A stretch of DNA of 64,000 nucleotides from the human T2T-CHM13v2.0 reference genome, Homo sapiens (GCF_009914755.1 NC_060936.1), one strand, 5' to 3'; shown: positions 1 through 22,526, counted from the stretch's first letter. Program-made: numbers and translations. Notes: generated from the letters alone by a model not told the origin.

Positions 1-392
1 GGCACTTCTGAATTTTATAGCCACAAAATACCTACAAAAATGGAGCTTCTTGAAGGCACTGAGCCACCACTACCTGTGTAGCAGCAGCACCTCAAGGCAA
101 GTTTGACCAAAGTTGCCCAACCAAGGCCTGACCACCACTCAGCACCGATGAAATTGTGTGGGGGTGAAAGGCTGGATGTCTTAATAAATAGAACTTTGCA
201 GGTATTAACACTTTTAAGAAGTAGAAGTCTAATGCCTACAGACTTAATTTATAAATGTTTGCCTTATAAATTCTTTGATTTTTATATGACAGCTATTAAA
301 AGAAAAAGATCAAAGCAACAAGAATTCCAGAATAAAGACAAAAACAGATATTAAGATAGAGGAAACTTCAGCACTGAGGAAGTATAATGCAG

Positions 393-2558
<2,166 letters not shown>

Positions 2559-2784
2559 TAGTATTGTATTCCTTAATTCTGTTGTTCTTGACAAGTAAGA
2601 TAGGTAAAATCCATTTTAGAAGGTTAAATAGTTGATTCAAGGACACAATGAGGTAATAACAGAAAAGAACAGAGACGGGAAACTTTAAAACGTAACAATC
2701 CTAAACATTTTGTCTCCCCTCCCACCTAGAGCTTGCCGCAGAGCCTAACCTAAGGTCGGCACTCTTTTCAACAGTCACATATAC

Positions 2785-2941
2785 CTTTCTTTCAGACGTA
2801 ATTCATCGTTCATTTTTGTCAGCTGAGAAGGGTTATCTCCTGACATCTTCATTATTTCTGCAATGTCATTTTCCAGTTTTTCCTTTGCCTTTATCAGCTG
2901 CTCTTCTCTCTCATCTTTCTCTCTAAATTTTGCCTCCATAT
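2785..2941 (-). CDS. CLIP1: CLIP1 exon 15 (157 nt; [13 protein letters not shown]...MNDELRLKE)
   Basis: Acceptor atttag|ATATG; donor GAA AG|gtatat. Confidence 0.96.
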
Positions 2942-2979
2942 CTAAATATATAGAGAAAAAAAGAATAGCACGGCTGTGT

Positions 2980-3670
2980 TATATCAACAAAAACTGACTG
3001 AGTGTATTCTTGCTCTGGTAATATTTTCACACAGCAATTCTTGTCCTCATAAAAATCACATTCTAGTGAAGAAGGCACACAATAAGCAAGATAACGAAAA
3101 TAAATCATATAATTAATAGCGGTAAGTGCTAAGAGGAAGGAAAATAAATGCAGGCAAAGGAGCTGGGAAGGAGGTTAGAATCTCAGATGGGGCTTCCCTG
3201 AGGTGCTGACATTTCAGGGAAAACCTGAAGGAAGTGAGGGAATGGGGAAAAGCAAGTGCACAGGCTCTGAGAAAGGAACACCCACCACGTCTGAGCACCA
3301 CAAGGAGGCTGAAGTGGTTGGAGTGGAATGAACAGGGGAAGGGGGTCCCAGATGAAATCCGAGAGATAATAGGGCCTGATCGTGTAAGGATCACGGCTTT
3401 CCCTGAGTGGGATGGGAGTCACTGGATGACCTTGAGGAGAGGAGCGACATGATCTGACTTCGTATTAAAAGGATTGCTGTGGCTGCTGTGTTGAGAACAG
3501 ACCGAAGCCGGCACAGGCAGCAGCAGTGAGCCCCAAGGGTCAGCTGTCAGGGTAGCTCAGATGAAAGATGGCCGTTGGCTTGGAGCAAGGATAGCAGTGG
3601 GAGTGGTGAGATGTGGTAGATTCTGGCTCTTGTGAAAACAGAGCAAAGAGGACTTGCTGGAGGTTACAGA
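2980..3670 (-). mobile_element. L2 LINE fragment
   Basis: Typical purine-rich antisense L2 3' region (cacattctagt..., gaaaacctgaaggaagtgaggga, tgagtgggatgggagtcactgga, atgatctgactt). Confidence 0.65.
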
Positions 3671-3824
3671 TCTCAAACAAGTATTTCATCACATTGTTAT
3701 ATCACCATGATGAGTGAAGAGGCTATGCCTGAATAGTACATTTGTTATGTAACATACTACAACTGTCTCGAATACGGGAAAGCCTACTGTATTTAATGTT
3801 TAGTCACCAGAGATGTCTTCTTAC

Positions 3825-3908
3825 CTGCTAAGTTTTCTCTCAGCTTCTCCAAGTCAGAAGACAGCATGTTAAACTGTTCCTCCTTTTGGTGTAACTTATT
3901 TACAGTTT
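3825..3908 (-). CDS. CLIP1: CLIP1 exon 14 (84 nt; [28 protein letters not shown])
   Basis: Acceptor aaatag|AAACT; donor GCA G|gtaaga. Confidence 0.95.
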
Positions 3909-4445
3909 CTATTTAGGATAAAAGTTAGAAGTTTAATATGTTTCATATTTAATAAGCTATCTGGAGCTTGGCTGTCTTACAACCCAGTCAAATATTATGC
4001 TCAAGAGATCTGAGAACACAGGAATACTAAAAAGTCCCCTTACAAATCACATGGCTGTGTCCAGCCTGAAAGAAGCAGGTCTGCCGCTGTCTCTGGCCTC
4101 CCTGAATCAGTACTTCAGACAGGCATCAGGCCCTTTCCACTCATCTCTCTTTCCTCCTTCCAGTTAAAACTCAATAAAGCTATCAATGATGAAAGCATAA
4201 ATAACACTCTTCCCAGGAATACTTACATTTTAATACAGAACAAGCCTTAAGCTAAAAGAAGAAAAAATTGGGAGTTTGAGGCTTCAGGAAACCAATGGAA
4301 GCCAGTCTTTCTGAGCACGGCAGGAACTTCCAGGAGAGTGAAATTAGGCTACGAGCAGTGTAACTCTGTGCACTCCACAGGTCAGCTCCAGTATGAAAGA
4401 ATGATATTTTTTAAAGCAATCTGCACACGCTCTGGTAAGACATAC

Positions 4446-4503
4446 CTTGCATACTTCTCTGAACAGAGACTGCCTCCTCTGAAGCTTCAGCAAACTTTTC
4501 TTT
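4446..4503 (-). CDS. CLIP1: CLIP1 exon 13 (58 nt; KEKFAEASEEAVSVQRSMQ)
   Basis: Acceptor ttctttag|AAA; donor CAA G|gtatgt. Confidence 0.95.
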
Positions 4504-5322
4504 CTAAAGAAAAAGAATGAGAGATTCTGAACAGAAAGATTTCAAATTGTAAAGACAAGAAGTTTCTATCAATTATAACTACGATACTGTCTACTTTTTG
4601 TTGCTGGTCTTGTTTTATTAAAACTAATACACCTCAAACATATGACACCAATTACTACATGTGGGTCATAAACATGTGCATGTATACACACAAAAGAGTG
4701 CAGTTTGCATGTGTGTGTATGGACATGTGGGAAGGCAGGTTCACCAGCATGCCCATGTAGGCATGTTCGTACTTAGGTAAGTACATGCATGTGCGTGTAT
4801 ACATAGGGTGCACGTGTATGCTTCATGTTGCCACCTCTCAAACAGCAGACCTTCTCTTCAGAAATCTGTGTGAAATGGTGAACAAAGCTCTGAAGTTTGT
4901 TATTTCTGAGAGTAATCTAATATCTTGAATCTAGGTCTGTGTCGCTACTTTTGAAACTGAAAAGGCCCATAAGTCACTTACAGTTCAAGGTCTTTTCTAA
5001 ACATGACAATAGGCCAAGCTAAAAATCACTCTCCTGGTTGTCCTGAGATGAACTTCGAGCTAGCTACATCAAGAAGGTTGTTACATGAGTATTTCTAACT
5101 AGATAGGATTATGAAAAGATGGTGCAGGGGCCACAGTGCATCCAAGCCCACAGGCTGCCCCCTGTGCCATCCCACAGCCAGACTCAAGGTGGCATGTCTT
5201 GTCCTAAGATATACGGAAGGATACTCTAACTTAGGGGGAAAAAAAAAAAGGCAAGGCATCCTAAAAGCTTGGGAGGAGGGCAGAGAAGCAATGAACTCAA
5301 AACATTTTCTTAAAGGACACCA

Positions 5323-5642
<320 letters not shown>

Positions 5643-6007
5643 TTAATAGCACAGAAGTGTAATGAACAGCGAAGAGGAAGGGATGTGGAGGACCTGGGAC
5701 AGCTGACCCTGCGTGGCACATATACCTCGTCTAGTTTCTCCATAAGCCTCTGGCTTTTCTTTCCATGGCATGTGGGTGGGTACCACTGGCACTACTCATG
5801 AGTATCAGCCTTGTTTAAACTCGGGTTTTCAGTGCAGGAGGCAAGTAGGAAGGAACAGAGTTGAGAAAAGGTAAAAAATATACATATGCCATACAACTTG
5901 AGATTAAGGAAAGAGAAAACATATAAAAGGGAAGGTAATTTTCTGAGATGGAATAAACTGAGTTAGATTTATTTTAATTTATTTAATTAGACAGCAAGCA
6001 TCCTGCC

Positions 6008-6026
6008 TCGCCAACAGAGGGCGCCT
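6008..6026 (+). promoter_or_regulatory. Candidate CTCF binding site
   Basis: TCGCCAACAGAGGGCGCCT closely matches the CTCF core consensus (TGGCCACCAGGGGGCGCTA) in non-repeat intronic DNA. Confidence 0.6.
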
Positions 6027-6064
6027 ACGGCCCAGTACAGCTACTGCCCTGATAATCACAGTTT

Positions 6065-6104
6065 AGGGGCCTCATTCAATATGAAGGGGCCTCATTCAAT
6101 ATGA
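6065..6104. repeat. Perfect 20-bp tandem duplication (aggggcctcattcaatatga)x2
   Basis: Directly visible in the sequence. Confidence 0.95.
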
Positions 6105-6427
6105 AACCTAACTGTGTTCGATGTATAACTTGGAAGGGCTCTGTGTTTAGTAAAACTAAGTAGTCAATAACATTTCAAAGCAGTGCGTTACCAAAGGCGA
6201 AGGGATAGATTAAAAAAAAAAAAAAAAAAGTAATACCTACCTTTGTTGTTTGGGTTTGATCCGATTCCCCTCAAAGGACAATATTTATCAGCCAATAACT
6301 AATACACTCAAGTTGAATCAACACTTAGAAAGAGAAAGGAAACAGCTACAATATTTCTTACTGGAGGATTTTTTAAAACAGGAAATGGCCAGAAACCCTG
6401 AGATTCAGATTCCCAACAGGTACTTAC

Positions 6428-6544
6428 CAAAATCTGAAGTTCTTTTTCCAAAGTCTCTTTCACTTGACTGACTTCACTCAAATTTTCCTGAAGGTTAGTA
6501 AGCTTTAGCTCTCTCCCCTGGAGCTCTCTGGTAATGCTACTAGC
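6428..6544 (-). CDS. CLIP1: CLIP1 exon 12 (117 nt; [39 protein letters not shown])
   Basis: Acceptor gtgttag|GCT; donor TTG|gtaagt; phase 0/0. Confidence 0.96.
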
Positions 6545-6755
6545 CTAACACACAGTGTTACATGGTATAGAAGCAAATGAACAAAAGGAAAACAAAAGAG
6601 AATGAGAAGAAAAAAATAAACAAATGTAAAAAACTTATGAGAAACATAAAACAAAACTGAAAGGAATACAAATTTGGTGTTGGTTTTTAATTCTAAGAAG
6701 TCAATGACTTTTCAAACAATCAGTTCTATGATATGATTTCCTAATGGCTATTTTT

Positions 6756-10180
<3,425 letters not shown>

Positions 10181-10555
10181 CGATCTTTTGAGTTTCTGTT
10201 CATTCATTCATCTTAACACCATAGTGTTAGGGCATTCTTTATTTTAAACAGATTATAGACTGGAGCTAAGCTTAAATTAGAAGTCACAGCATAGCCCAGA
10301 GATAAATAGATCAGGTACCCAGATAACAGGCAACCAAAATAAATTCACATGGTTGAGCCATTATTTTCTCTAATCTCCTCAGATGAAACCATACTTGAGA
10401 TACTCAGAACATACTACACTATACTCAACTGGGGACATCAAGCAATTTAATTAAATCAGCAATTTGGAAGATGAATGATCTCAACTCAAAAGTAACATAA
10501 TGCAAAACAAGAATAACAAATGGAAAAGAAAAGAATGGAGGATGTCAATACAAAC

Positions 10556-11500
10556 CTTGCTACTTTCAGCATTCTTTTCAATCTCTAAATGTTTAATCTG
10601 TTTCTCAGCTGCCTCAAGCTGCTGTCTAAGTTTCTTCATTTCCGATTTACCTTCGGAACTGGCTTTCCGAAGTGCATCAAGATCCAAGAGCTTTTCTTCA
10701 GTAGCCTTGAGCTGTGATGTAAAATTATCAATAACCTTGGTTTGTTCATTGCATTTGGCTTGCAGTACCTCTAGCTCCTTTACCTTTATTTCAGCTTCCT
10801 GTAATTTGTTTAACGTGTCTTCCATTTCTACGAGATGCTGGTCTTCTGCTTTGTCCAGTTTCGACCTGATGGCTTCCAGACTGTTTTCCTTTTCTTTAAT
10901 AACTTTCATCAGTTTAGCCCTCAAGGCTTCCATCTCTTTAGCATGGGCAGCCCGTTCAGAGTCTTGTTGATTCTGCAAATTTTCTATTTCGTGTTGGTAA
11001 TCTAGTCTCATTTTCTCTATTTGTGTTTTTAGTTCAGCAAATTCTGCCGTCTCTGTTCCAAGCCCTTTGCTGAAAGATACCTTCAGTTCTTCCATCGCCT
11101 GCTGGTGGGATGCGATGGCAGTCTCCAGTTTGGACTTCCATAGAGCTATCACATCTGAGTTCTCTTTGTTGGCATGCTCCAGCTTGCTTTTCAATGACTC
11201 GTTCTCTTTGGAAAGCTTTTCCGTGGCGGTATACAGAGCCTTTATCTCCTTCTGATGAGTTTCTTCCCGGGCTCCAAAATGCTCCTTCAGAGAAGTTATT
11301 TCTCTCTGGTGGTCAGTACGGGTGACTTCTAACTTTTCTTGCAAAGAGCTTATCTCTTGCAAAAGGGAAAGTGACATGTCCACATCCCCAGCAGGCTTAT
11401 TGGACTCTAGCCTTCTTCGGAGCTCAGCTACTTCCTGTACTCTCAATGCTAGGTCTTTCTCCAGTTCCATTATACGTGACTTTTCTGAAACTGTAGCCAC
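10556..11500 (-). CDS. CLIP1: CLIP1 exon 11 (945 nt), long coiled-coil exon (VATVSEK...NAESSK)
   Basis: 339-aa ORF 10481..11500; acceptor gttaatag|GTG; donor AAG|gtttgt. Confidence 0.98.
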
Positions 11501-11552
11501 CTATTAACAGCAGTCCAAAGAAAAAAAGATCATTTAAATAACAAGTCATTGA

Positions 11553-11708
<156 letters not shown>

Positions 11709-12199
11709 TAGCTAGGATTACAGGCATGCGCCACCACACCCAGCTAATTTTTGCATTTTTAGTAGAGATGGGGTTTCACCATGTTGGTTAGGCTGGTCTC
11801 AAACTCCTGACCTCAGGTGATCCACTCGCCCCGGCCTCCCAAAGTGCTGGGATTACAGGCATGAGCCACTGCACCTGGCCTGATTATTTTCTTTAACACT
11901 GAAGATATTTAATAACTACCCCATCTCAGGCAGCAAACTATTATGAACGTTTATAGGTTAATATATATTTCTAACTGTGATAATGGCTTAAGTCCAACTT
12001 TAGTATCTCCAATTCTAAAGAAGCTTAAATCAGATAAATATCCATTAACTGATAAGTTAACAGAAACAGTAACTTTCAAAGTTCACAGATATAACTGCCT
12101 CCTGAAAGAAAACATTTCCTTATTTTGCCAGTTTGTCCTACCCCACTTCATCCAGGTTGCATAAATGCTTATCCATTTCATGGAGGTGATCTTATAGAA

Positions 12200-12832
12200 C
12201 TGTGCCATCCGGAACAGTAGCTGTTGGCCACACGTGGCTATTGAGCACTTGAGATGTGGCTCATCTGAAGTGAGGTGTGGTATAAGTGCAAAATACACAT
12301 CAGATTTTGAAGACTTAGAAGAAAAGGATCACAAAATGTCTTGTGGGCCAAGTGCAGTGGCTCACGCCTGTAATCCCACCACTTTGGGAGGCCGAGGCAG
12401 AAGGATCACTTGAGGCCAGGAGTTCAAGATCAGTCTCGGCAACACAGCAAGACCCCGTCTTTGCAAAAAATAAAAAATTAGCCAGGCATGGTGGTGTCGC
12501 CTGTGGTAACAGGTACTTGGGAGGCTAAGACGGGAGGATTGCTTGAGTCTAGGAGGTTGAGGCTATAGTGAGTAATTGTGCCATTGTACTCCAGCCTGGG
12601 AGACAGAGCACGACTCTGTCTCTAAAAAAAAAAAAAAACAAACTGAAATTATATTTTAAAATGTTTAAAATATCTTAATAATTTTATTTTGATTAATATT
12701 TTGAATATATCAGTTACATAAAATATATTATTAAAACTAATTTAACTTGTGACTTACAAAAAAGTAATGTGGGTACCAGAAAATTATAAATTGTACATGT
12801 GTGGCTTACATTATACTTCTATTGGACAGCAC
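12200..12832 (-). mobile_element. MER33-like hAT-Charlie element interrupted by an Alu (12346-12637, +)
   Basis: gccacacgtggctattgagcacttga...aaatacacatcagattttgaagacttag and terminal ttctattggacagcac. Confidence 0.75.
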
Positions 12833-12917
12833 TTGCATAAAAGGTCTAAAATTACCTATCAAATGTTTCAATGAATAACACATCACCTGTAGAATGAAAG
12901 CCTCAATTGAAGAATGA

Positions 12918-13345
<428 letters not shown>

Positions 13346-15106
13346 TAAACATCTTCTTCCCCTAACCCCCTAACCCAGTGGTTCTCAGACATTAGTACGC
13401 ACATGAATCACCTGGAATGTACATCTAACCTGCAAGTTTCTACCTATTCCCATGTACTTCGATTCTATTTGAGCTCCGGGATAGTACCCAAGAATCTTCT
13501 TCCTTTAAATAAATACCCCAGGGCTAGAAAAACACTTTCTTAACCTGTGCCCTTTCATTGCTAGAAAATTACTTCCCTCTGCTACCTGCTATGCAGTCCA
13601 TTTAGTACATAGGATGTGTGGAAAATAGCTTCCATCACAAAAATTCTTGGACTAATCTGGGAAATGAAAGGGAACAAAATAATTTTAAAACAGCAGTGAG
13701 TCCCATATTTCAAGGATCAAAACTCCTGTGATTGGCTGGGTGAGGTGGTACATGCCTATATACCTAGCACTTTGGGAGGCCAAGGCAAGAGGATCACTTG
13801 TGGCCAGGAGTTCAAGATCAGCCTGGGCAACACAGCGAGAACTCCATCTCTACAAAAAAATGTTAAATATTCTTCTGAATTTAAGACTCCTCTCCCACAC
13901 TGCCTTTCTTTGAGACAGAAAATAACAGATATGTTTTCTTTCATTTCCTCTGTCCACCCTACAGGCTGTGACACCAATAAAGATTAAAATGCCCATAAGA
14001 GAAGAGGAAAAGAAAGCACTGAGTCTCCAAAACTGCATAATCAAAGTAAATAAAATTAAATATTTCAGAGCTGACTATAATTGCTGTGCTTCGTGGTTAT
14101 AGACTCATCAGGTTAAAGATGTTAATTCATTTACACATGATTTTCTGGGGAAGGAAGAGTCCAAGAGTTTGTTACGTCAAAATAACATACAAAACATTAA
14201 TAAACCCATCAGGATCTGGCAGAATTTGCTAAATAAAAGAAAAAAAAAACACAAAACACTAATAAACCCCATTGCTGCAAGGTCTGTAGCATAAATACAT
14301 TAAACCCAATAGGGCAATGGTTCTTAGTTACAACAAAACAGTCAAGTAGAGAAAAATGCCAAGTAAAAAATAAGTAAAAATAATAAATACCAATGTGATT
14401 TTACTTTCCGTGGCATTTCCCTATAAAGTACAGCAATTTATTTTTCATTTCCCAAAATCTGCCCTAATTCAAAACTATGTGGTATGTCTGCTTCTCCCAC
14501 TAGTTTGAGACCATGAATTAAGTCAGAAATTATTTCTTATTCTTCCTAACATCTCTACAGCACCAAGCACACTGTTTGGAAACTGGATTTATTGGCTAGA
14601 AAGTATTCTAAAGCACTTCCTAAAAAGTAACATAGGTGATATGAAACTTACATGGGTAGCTGGTTATCTTAACACTTGGGAACCCAAGAGTGAGGATCAA
14701 CAGAAGACATACTTCGTTATGGAAAGATATAAGCTTTACACTGAAATACTTGGATAAACCATGGTGTAACTGAATGCCTTATCTAGAGCAGGAAAAAAAA
14801 ACATCAAAATTGTTTGCTGACAAAACTAAGATACGGGAGAGGAGTTTACATGTTTTAAAAAAATATATTACTTCAAAAGCCATCACACTAAAGGAACTCA
14901 ATCTCATTAGTCCATTGTATTTCCCGGATCAATTATTTGGCTCTCAGTTAATGAGGAAACAGCACCAAATTGCCACTTTTTTTTTTTTTTTTGAAACAGG
15001 GTCTTGCTCTATTGCCCAGGCTGGAGTGCAGAGACATGAACATGGCTCACTGCAAGCCTCGACCTCCTGGGCTCAAGAGATCCTTCCACCTCAGCCTGCC
15101 ATGTAG

Positions 15107-15304
<198 letters not shown>

Positions 15305-15605
15305 TAGTTCAGAGGCCGATAGTTCCTTCTTCTTAAAAAATAAAAACACATGATTTAGAAAAGAAAAATTGTCTAGATTTTTAGATCAGTCAATTAATTC
15401 TCAACAAGAGAAATTTCTACAAACACTAGAAATTTTTTTAAAAATCAGGATAGCAAATTTGATTAGAGACAGAGTAATTTTTGGAATTCTAAAGTTAAGA
15501 ATCTGGGCAATTTAGTCACTGACAGACAAATTCATGATTTAAAAGGGTATGTGACTACATATCTTACATGTAAGTGACTATTTCTTTTTCTTTTTTTTTT
15601 TTTGA

Positions 15606-16180
<575 letters not shown>

Positions 16181-17175
16181 TATAAATAAACTAAAACCTG
16201 AGTAATGTCCTGGCTCCAAGGGCTAAGCACAATGAGCTCAGGGCAGGAAGAAGCCATTCTGTTCCCAACATGCATTTCCCTCCTCACCACTGAGGGTTTT
16301 TTTGTTTTGTTTTGTTTTTTCCAGACGGAGTCTCACTCTGTCACCCAGGCTGGGGTGCAGTGGCACGATCTCAGCTCATTGCAAACTCCATTTCCTGGAT
16401 TCAAGCAATCCTCCTGCCTCAGCCTCCCATGTACCTGAGATTACAGGCATGCGCCACCAGGCCCAGCCAATTTTTGTATTTTCAGTAAAGACAGGGTTTC
16501 ACCATGTTGGCCAGGCTGGTCTCAAACTCCTGACCTCAAGTAATCTGCCTGCCTCAGCCTCCCAAAGTGCTGGGATAAGAAGCAAGAGCCACTGCGCCCA
16601 GTGTCCACTGAGGTTTCAATCCCCCGAGCGACAGGAAGGAGGGAGATGCAGAGATCAGCCTTCCAAGATAAAAAGGTAACTGGGGTGAAAGTTTTTAACT
16701 CTCATGAAACACAGCCCATGTTTCCATTTCCTTCTCCAAGAGGCCAGGGAAGAAGGCAGGAAGAGAGCTAAAGTAAAACAACAATAACAAAAAATTATTT
16801 AGAAAGCCTAGTAACTAGATATTTGAGAACAAGAGGACAATTGACTGCTTGTGGCCAACTGGAGAAATATATTTCATGGTATTAATATAAATAACTTCAA
16901 ATACAGTTATATCCATTCATTTATTCAGTTGTAAAGTTTCTGATCCTGATTTGGTTGGGTTACCAAAGGAATGAGTCTTTACTTTTGACAAAAGACGAGA
17001 TATAAAACACCTGTTCCTACTCATCAGTCTCAGCTCACAAACACCTGAATGGTACCAAGACCAAACTCAGGTTGAACCACTGGGTCAAGGCTCAGGCCAA
17101 CTATAAAGCATGTCACCTGAGGTGTCCACCCTTCACATGCATGGGTCTGCTTCATTAAATAGTGAAAACCATTAC

Positions 17176-17280
17176 CCTAGTGTCTTCTAACTCCCTCTGG
17201 AGTTTGTCAGCTTTGGTCTTTTCAAAGAGCAGGCTCTGTTCAAGCTCCTTAATGCGGGCATGCTCCAGTTTGGTCTGCGT
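17176..17280 (-). CDS. CLIP1: CLIP1 alternative 105-nt exon 10 (35-aa restin insert [35 protein letters not shown])
   Basis: Acceptor tttttactaacag|ACG; donor AGG|gtaatg; phase 0/0. Confidence 0.95.
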
Positions 17281-19207
17281 CTGTTAGTAAAAAGGAAGAG
17301 GAAGAGAACACAACAGTGCCACCATGACATGCCAGCACGAGAGGAGAGACAGCGGCATGCAGGCTGAGCCACCAGTACCTTCTGCCAAAGGGTGAACCAA
17401 AGGGGAATGGAGAAGGGAAGAGGTGGAGGTGAGATGAGGTGGGCAGTGAGGATGAATACCAGGGACAAAGGATGGTGGTGGGCAGGGGGCATGGGCTAGT
17501 CTGTTCAGAAAGAAAAAATGGAAAACACATGAGGCCAGATGAAGTGTCAGAGGCATGCAGCCAAATATAAGTAATATTGATAAGTGAAGTTTATCAGCAC
17601 CAATTAGAATAGTTAATATCCCTCCCTCTAAACTATCATTATCCCTCCGCCCCACAAAGGCTACTTGACATTAATGTGTATGTAACTGACTCGATAACTT
17701 CACAAGGTATATTGACCCTCAGAATGATGGTCACTATCACCTAAATATGGCAAAGGTATTATAAATCTTAAACTGTTCAATAAGTCCTTAGAGCAGATTC
17801 TTGCACCTTAGCATATAACTTGACGTAAATAAGGGTCAAATAAAAACCTCAGTAGAAGGAATCTATTCCTTCTCTAGCTCCAACTAGAGCTAAGAAATCA
17901 TGCTAGCAGCCTCTGCAGAAATGGGTGAGAAGGGTCTGAGTTAAGAGTCTTAGCAACATTCCTACATGTGATGGGGAAGAGGCCATGGAAGCTCTAGTTT
18001 CCTTCCAGCAGTGGATGTCCCAAAGGCTATTGGGCTCCAGGGAGGGAAAAAAGGACTCAGAATTACAAAGAGAAAATTTAGTAATAATTATCCTCTATAG
18101 TCTCCATCTCTGAAGGAGTCCAATTGAGAGGCTCAAGAGAGGAGGAAAGTTTACCTCAAACTGGTAAGGGGTTTATTATTTTTACCTTAAGATGAAGTTG
18201 TTTTTATTAGCTCAGACATAAAAACGCAACTCAACACAAAGGCATGAGTTTGAGCTCTCTCAAAAAGAGCTGGTGGGTTCCTAAGGTGATTCAAAACCTG
18301 TGATCTCAGATACTCTGCTCTCCCCACCATTACGCACTTGGATGTAGCCTGATAGGGAACCCAGAGGATAATCTCTAACAGGTTTAAGTGCAGCAGAATC
18401 TTAATTTGAAATAATCTAGGTCCAAATGTACCTCTTCCCACCCCCACCTCTCTTACACAAGAGGTTATCAGTTATCAGAATCAGTGACTGACAAGGCCCA
18501 CACCCGCAGGGCTGCTCTCAGCAACTGTCAGTTACGTGCAGTAATTTAAATACTTTGTGGTACTAATTGACCTATCAGTCTGGACAATTATGGGCAATGA
18601 AAAAATGACAACAGACTCTAAACAAAGTGACACAAAGTGCAGAGCTTCAGTAGAGGGGGGAATGTAAAAGTGAAGATTGCAAACGTCTTCACTCATTCCA
18701 GTGGGACTCGGGGACCTCAATACATTCAAGAGGTCACTTTGCTTGTAAACCAGGTATCGACAAACCATGATGAGATATTTAAAAGGTGAACAAAAAAATT
18801 TTTTTTAATTCATCACCTGCTTCAGCTCTGTATACTCCACAAAAATAATGAAATACAATTCAAGCCCTAACTGTCTGGATAATCCCCTTGGTCTGTATGT
18901 GCCTTGGATGGACACTGTTCAATTTCCCTGCTTTTATAAGAAAAGAATCTAATCCTTATCTACATAATTGGGGTCACAGCCTCAGGAGCTGAAATCCAAA
19001 ACTACAGTAGTAGGAAAAAGAAAAGGCAATAGAACCTTTCTTCTCTTGACACAGTTAAGTGTCCTCTGGGTAAAAGGTCACTATTTCCAGATAAAAAGCA
19101 AATACACATTTAATGTGATCTCCTCCCCATTCAGAGATCTTTCAGATAAGCGTAGCCAACGCCTCCTTACTGATGGGTCTATATACACATTATCTGGGAC
19201 TCTACAG

Positions 19208-22182
<2,975 letters not shown>

Positions 22183-22526
22183 TAAAATGCCTTTTCTAAT
22201 CATCAGACGAACACCATTAAGTCTCACTTAGGACTGCTTTAAATTGAGGACACACTGCCAGATTTATGACTTGATGAGATCCAATTCATGGTTTTGCATT
22301 TTGAAGCATGAGAAAGAAGTAGTGCAAGTTCCACTCTGCTAGGAAGTGGGCCACACACTCACAGGCTCAAGTACCGGCACCGTCACCACAAAGCCACCCC
22401 CAGAACCTTCCCCCGCCACTTCCTCAGCTGGCTGTTCTGGCCGCTCATTTCAATTGGTGCATTATTTCGCCCGTGTTCTGAATACTGATACCCATAAAAG
22501 CTGTAAGAGAGCTGGAGGGGTTTTAC

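Noticed and set aside
10500-11507. Plus-strand ORFs (156 aa and shorter) overlapping exon 11, and similar ones over exons 3 and 6
   Set aside because: Antisense shadows of CLIP1 coding exons with no independent support.
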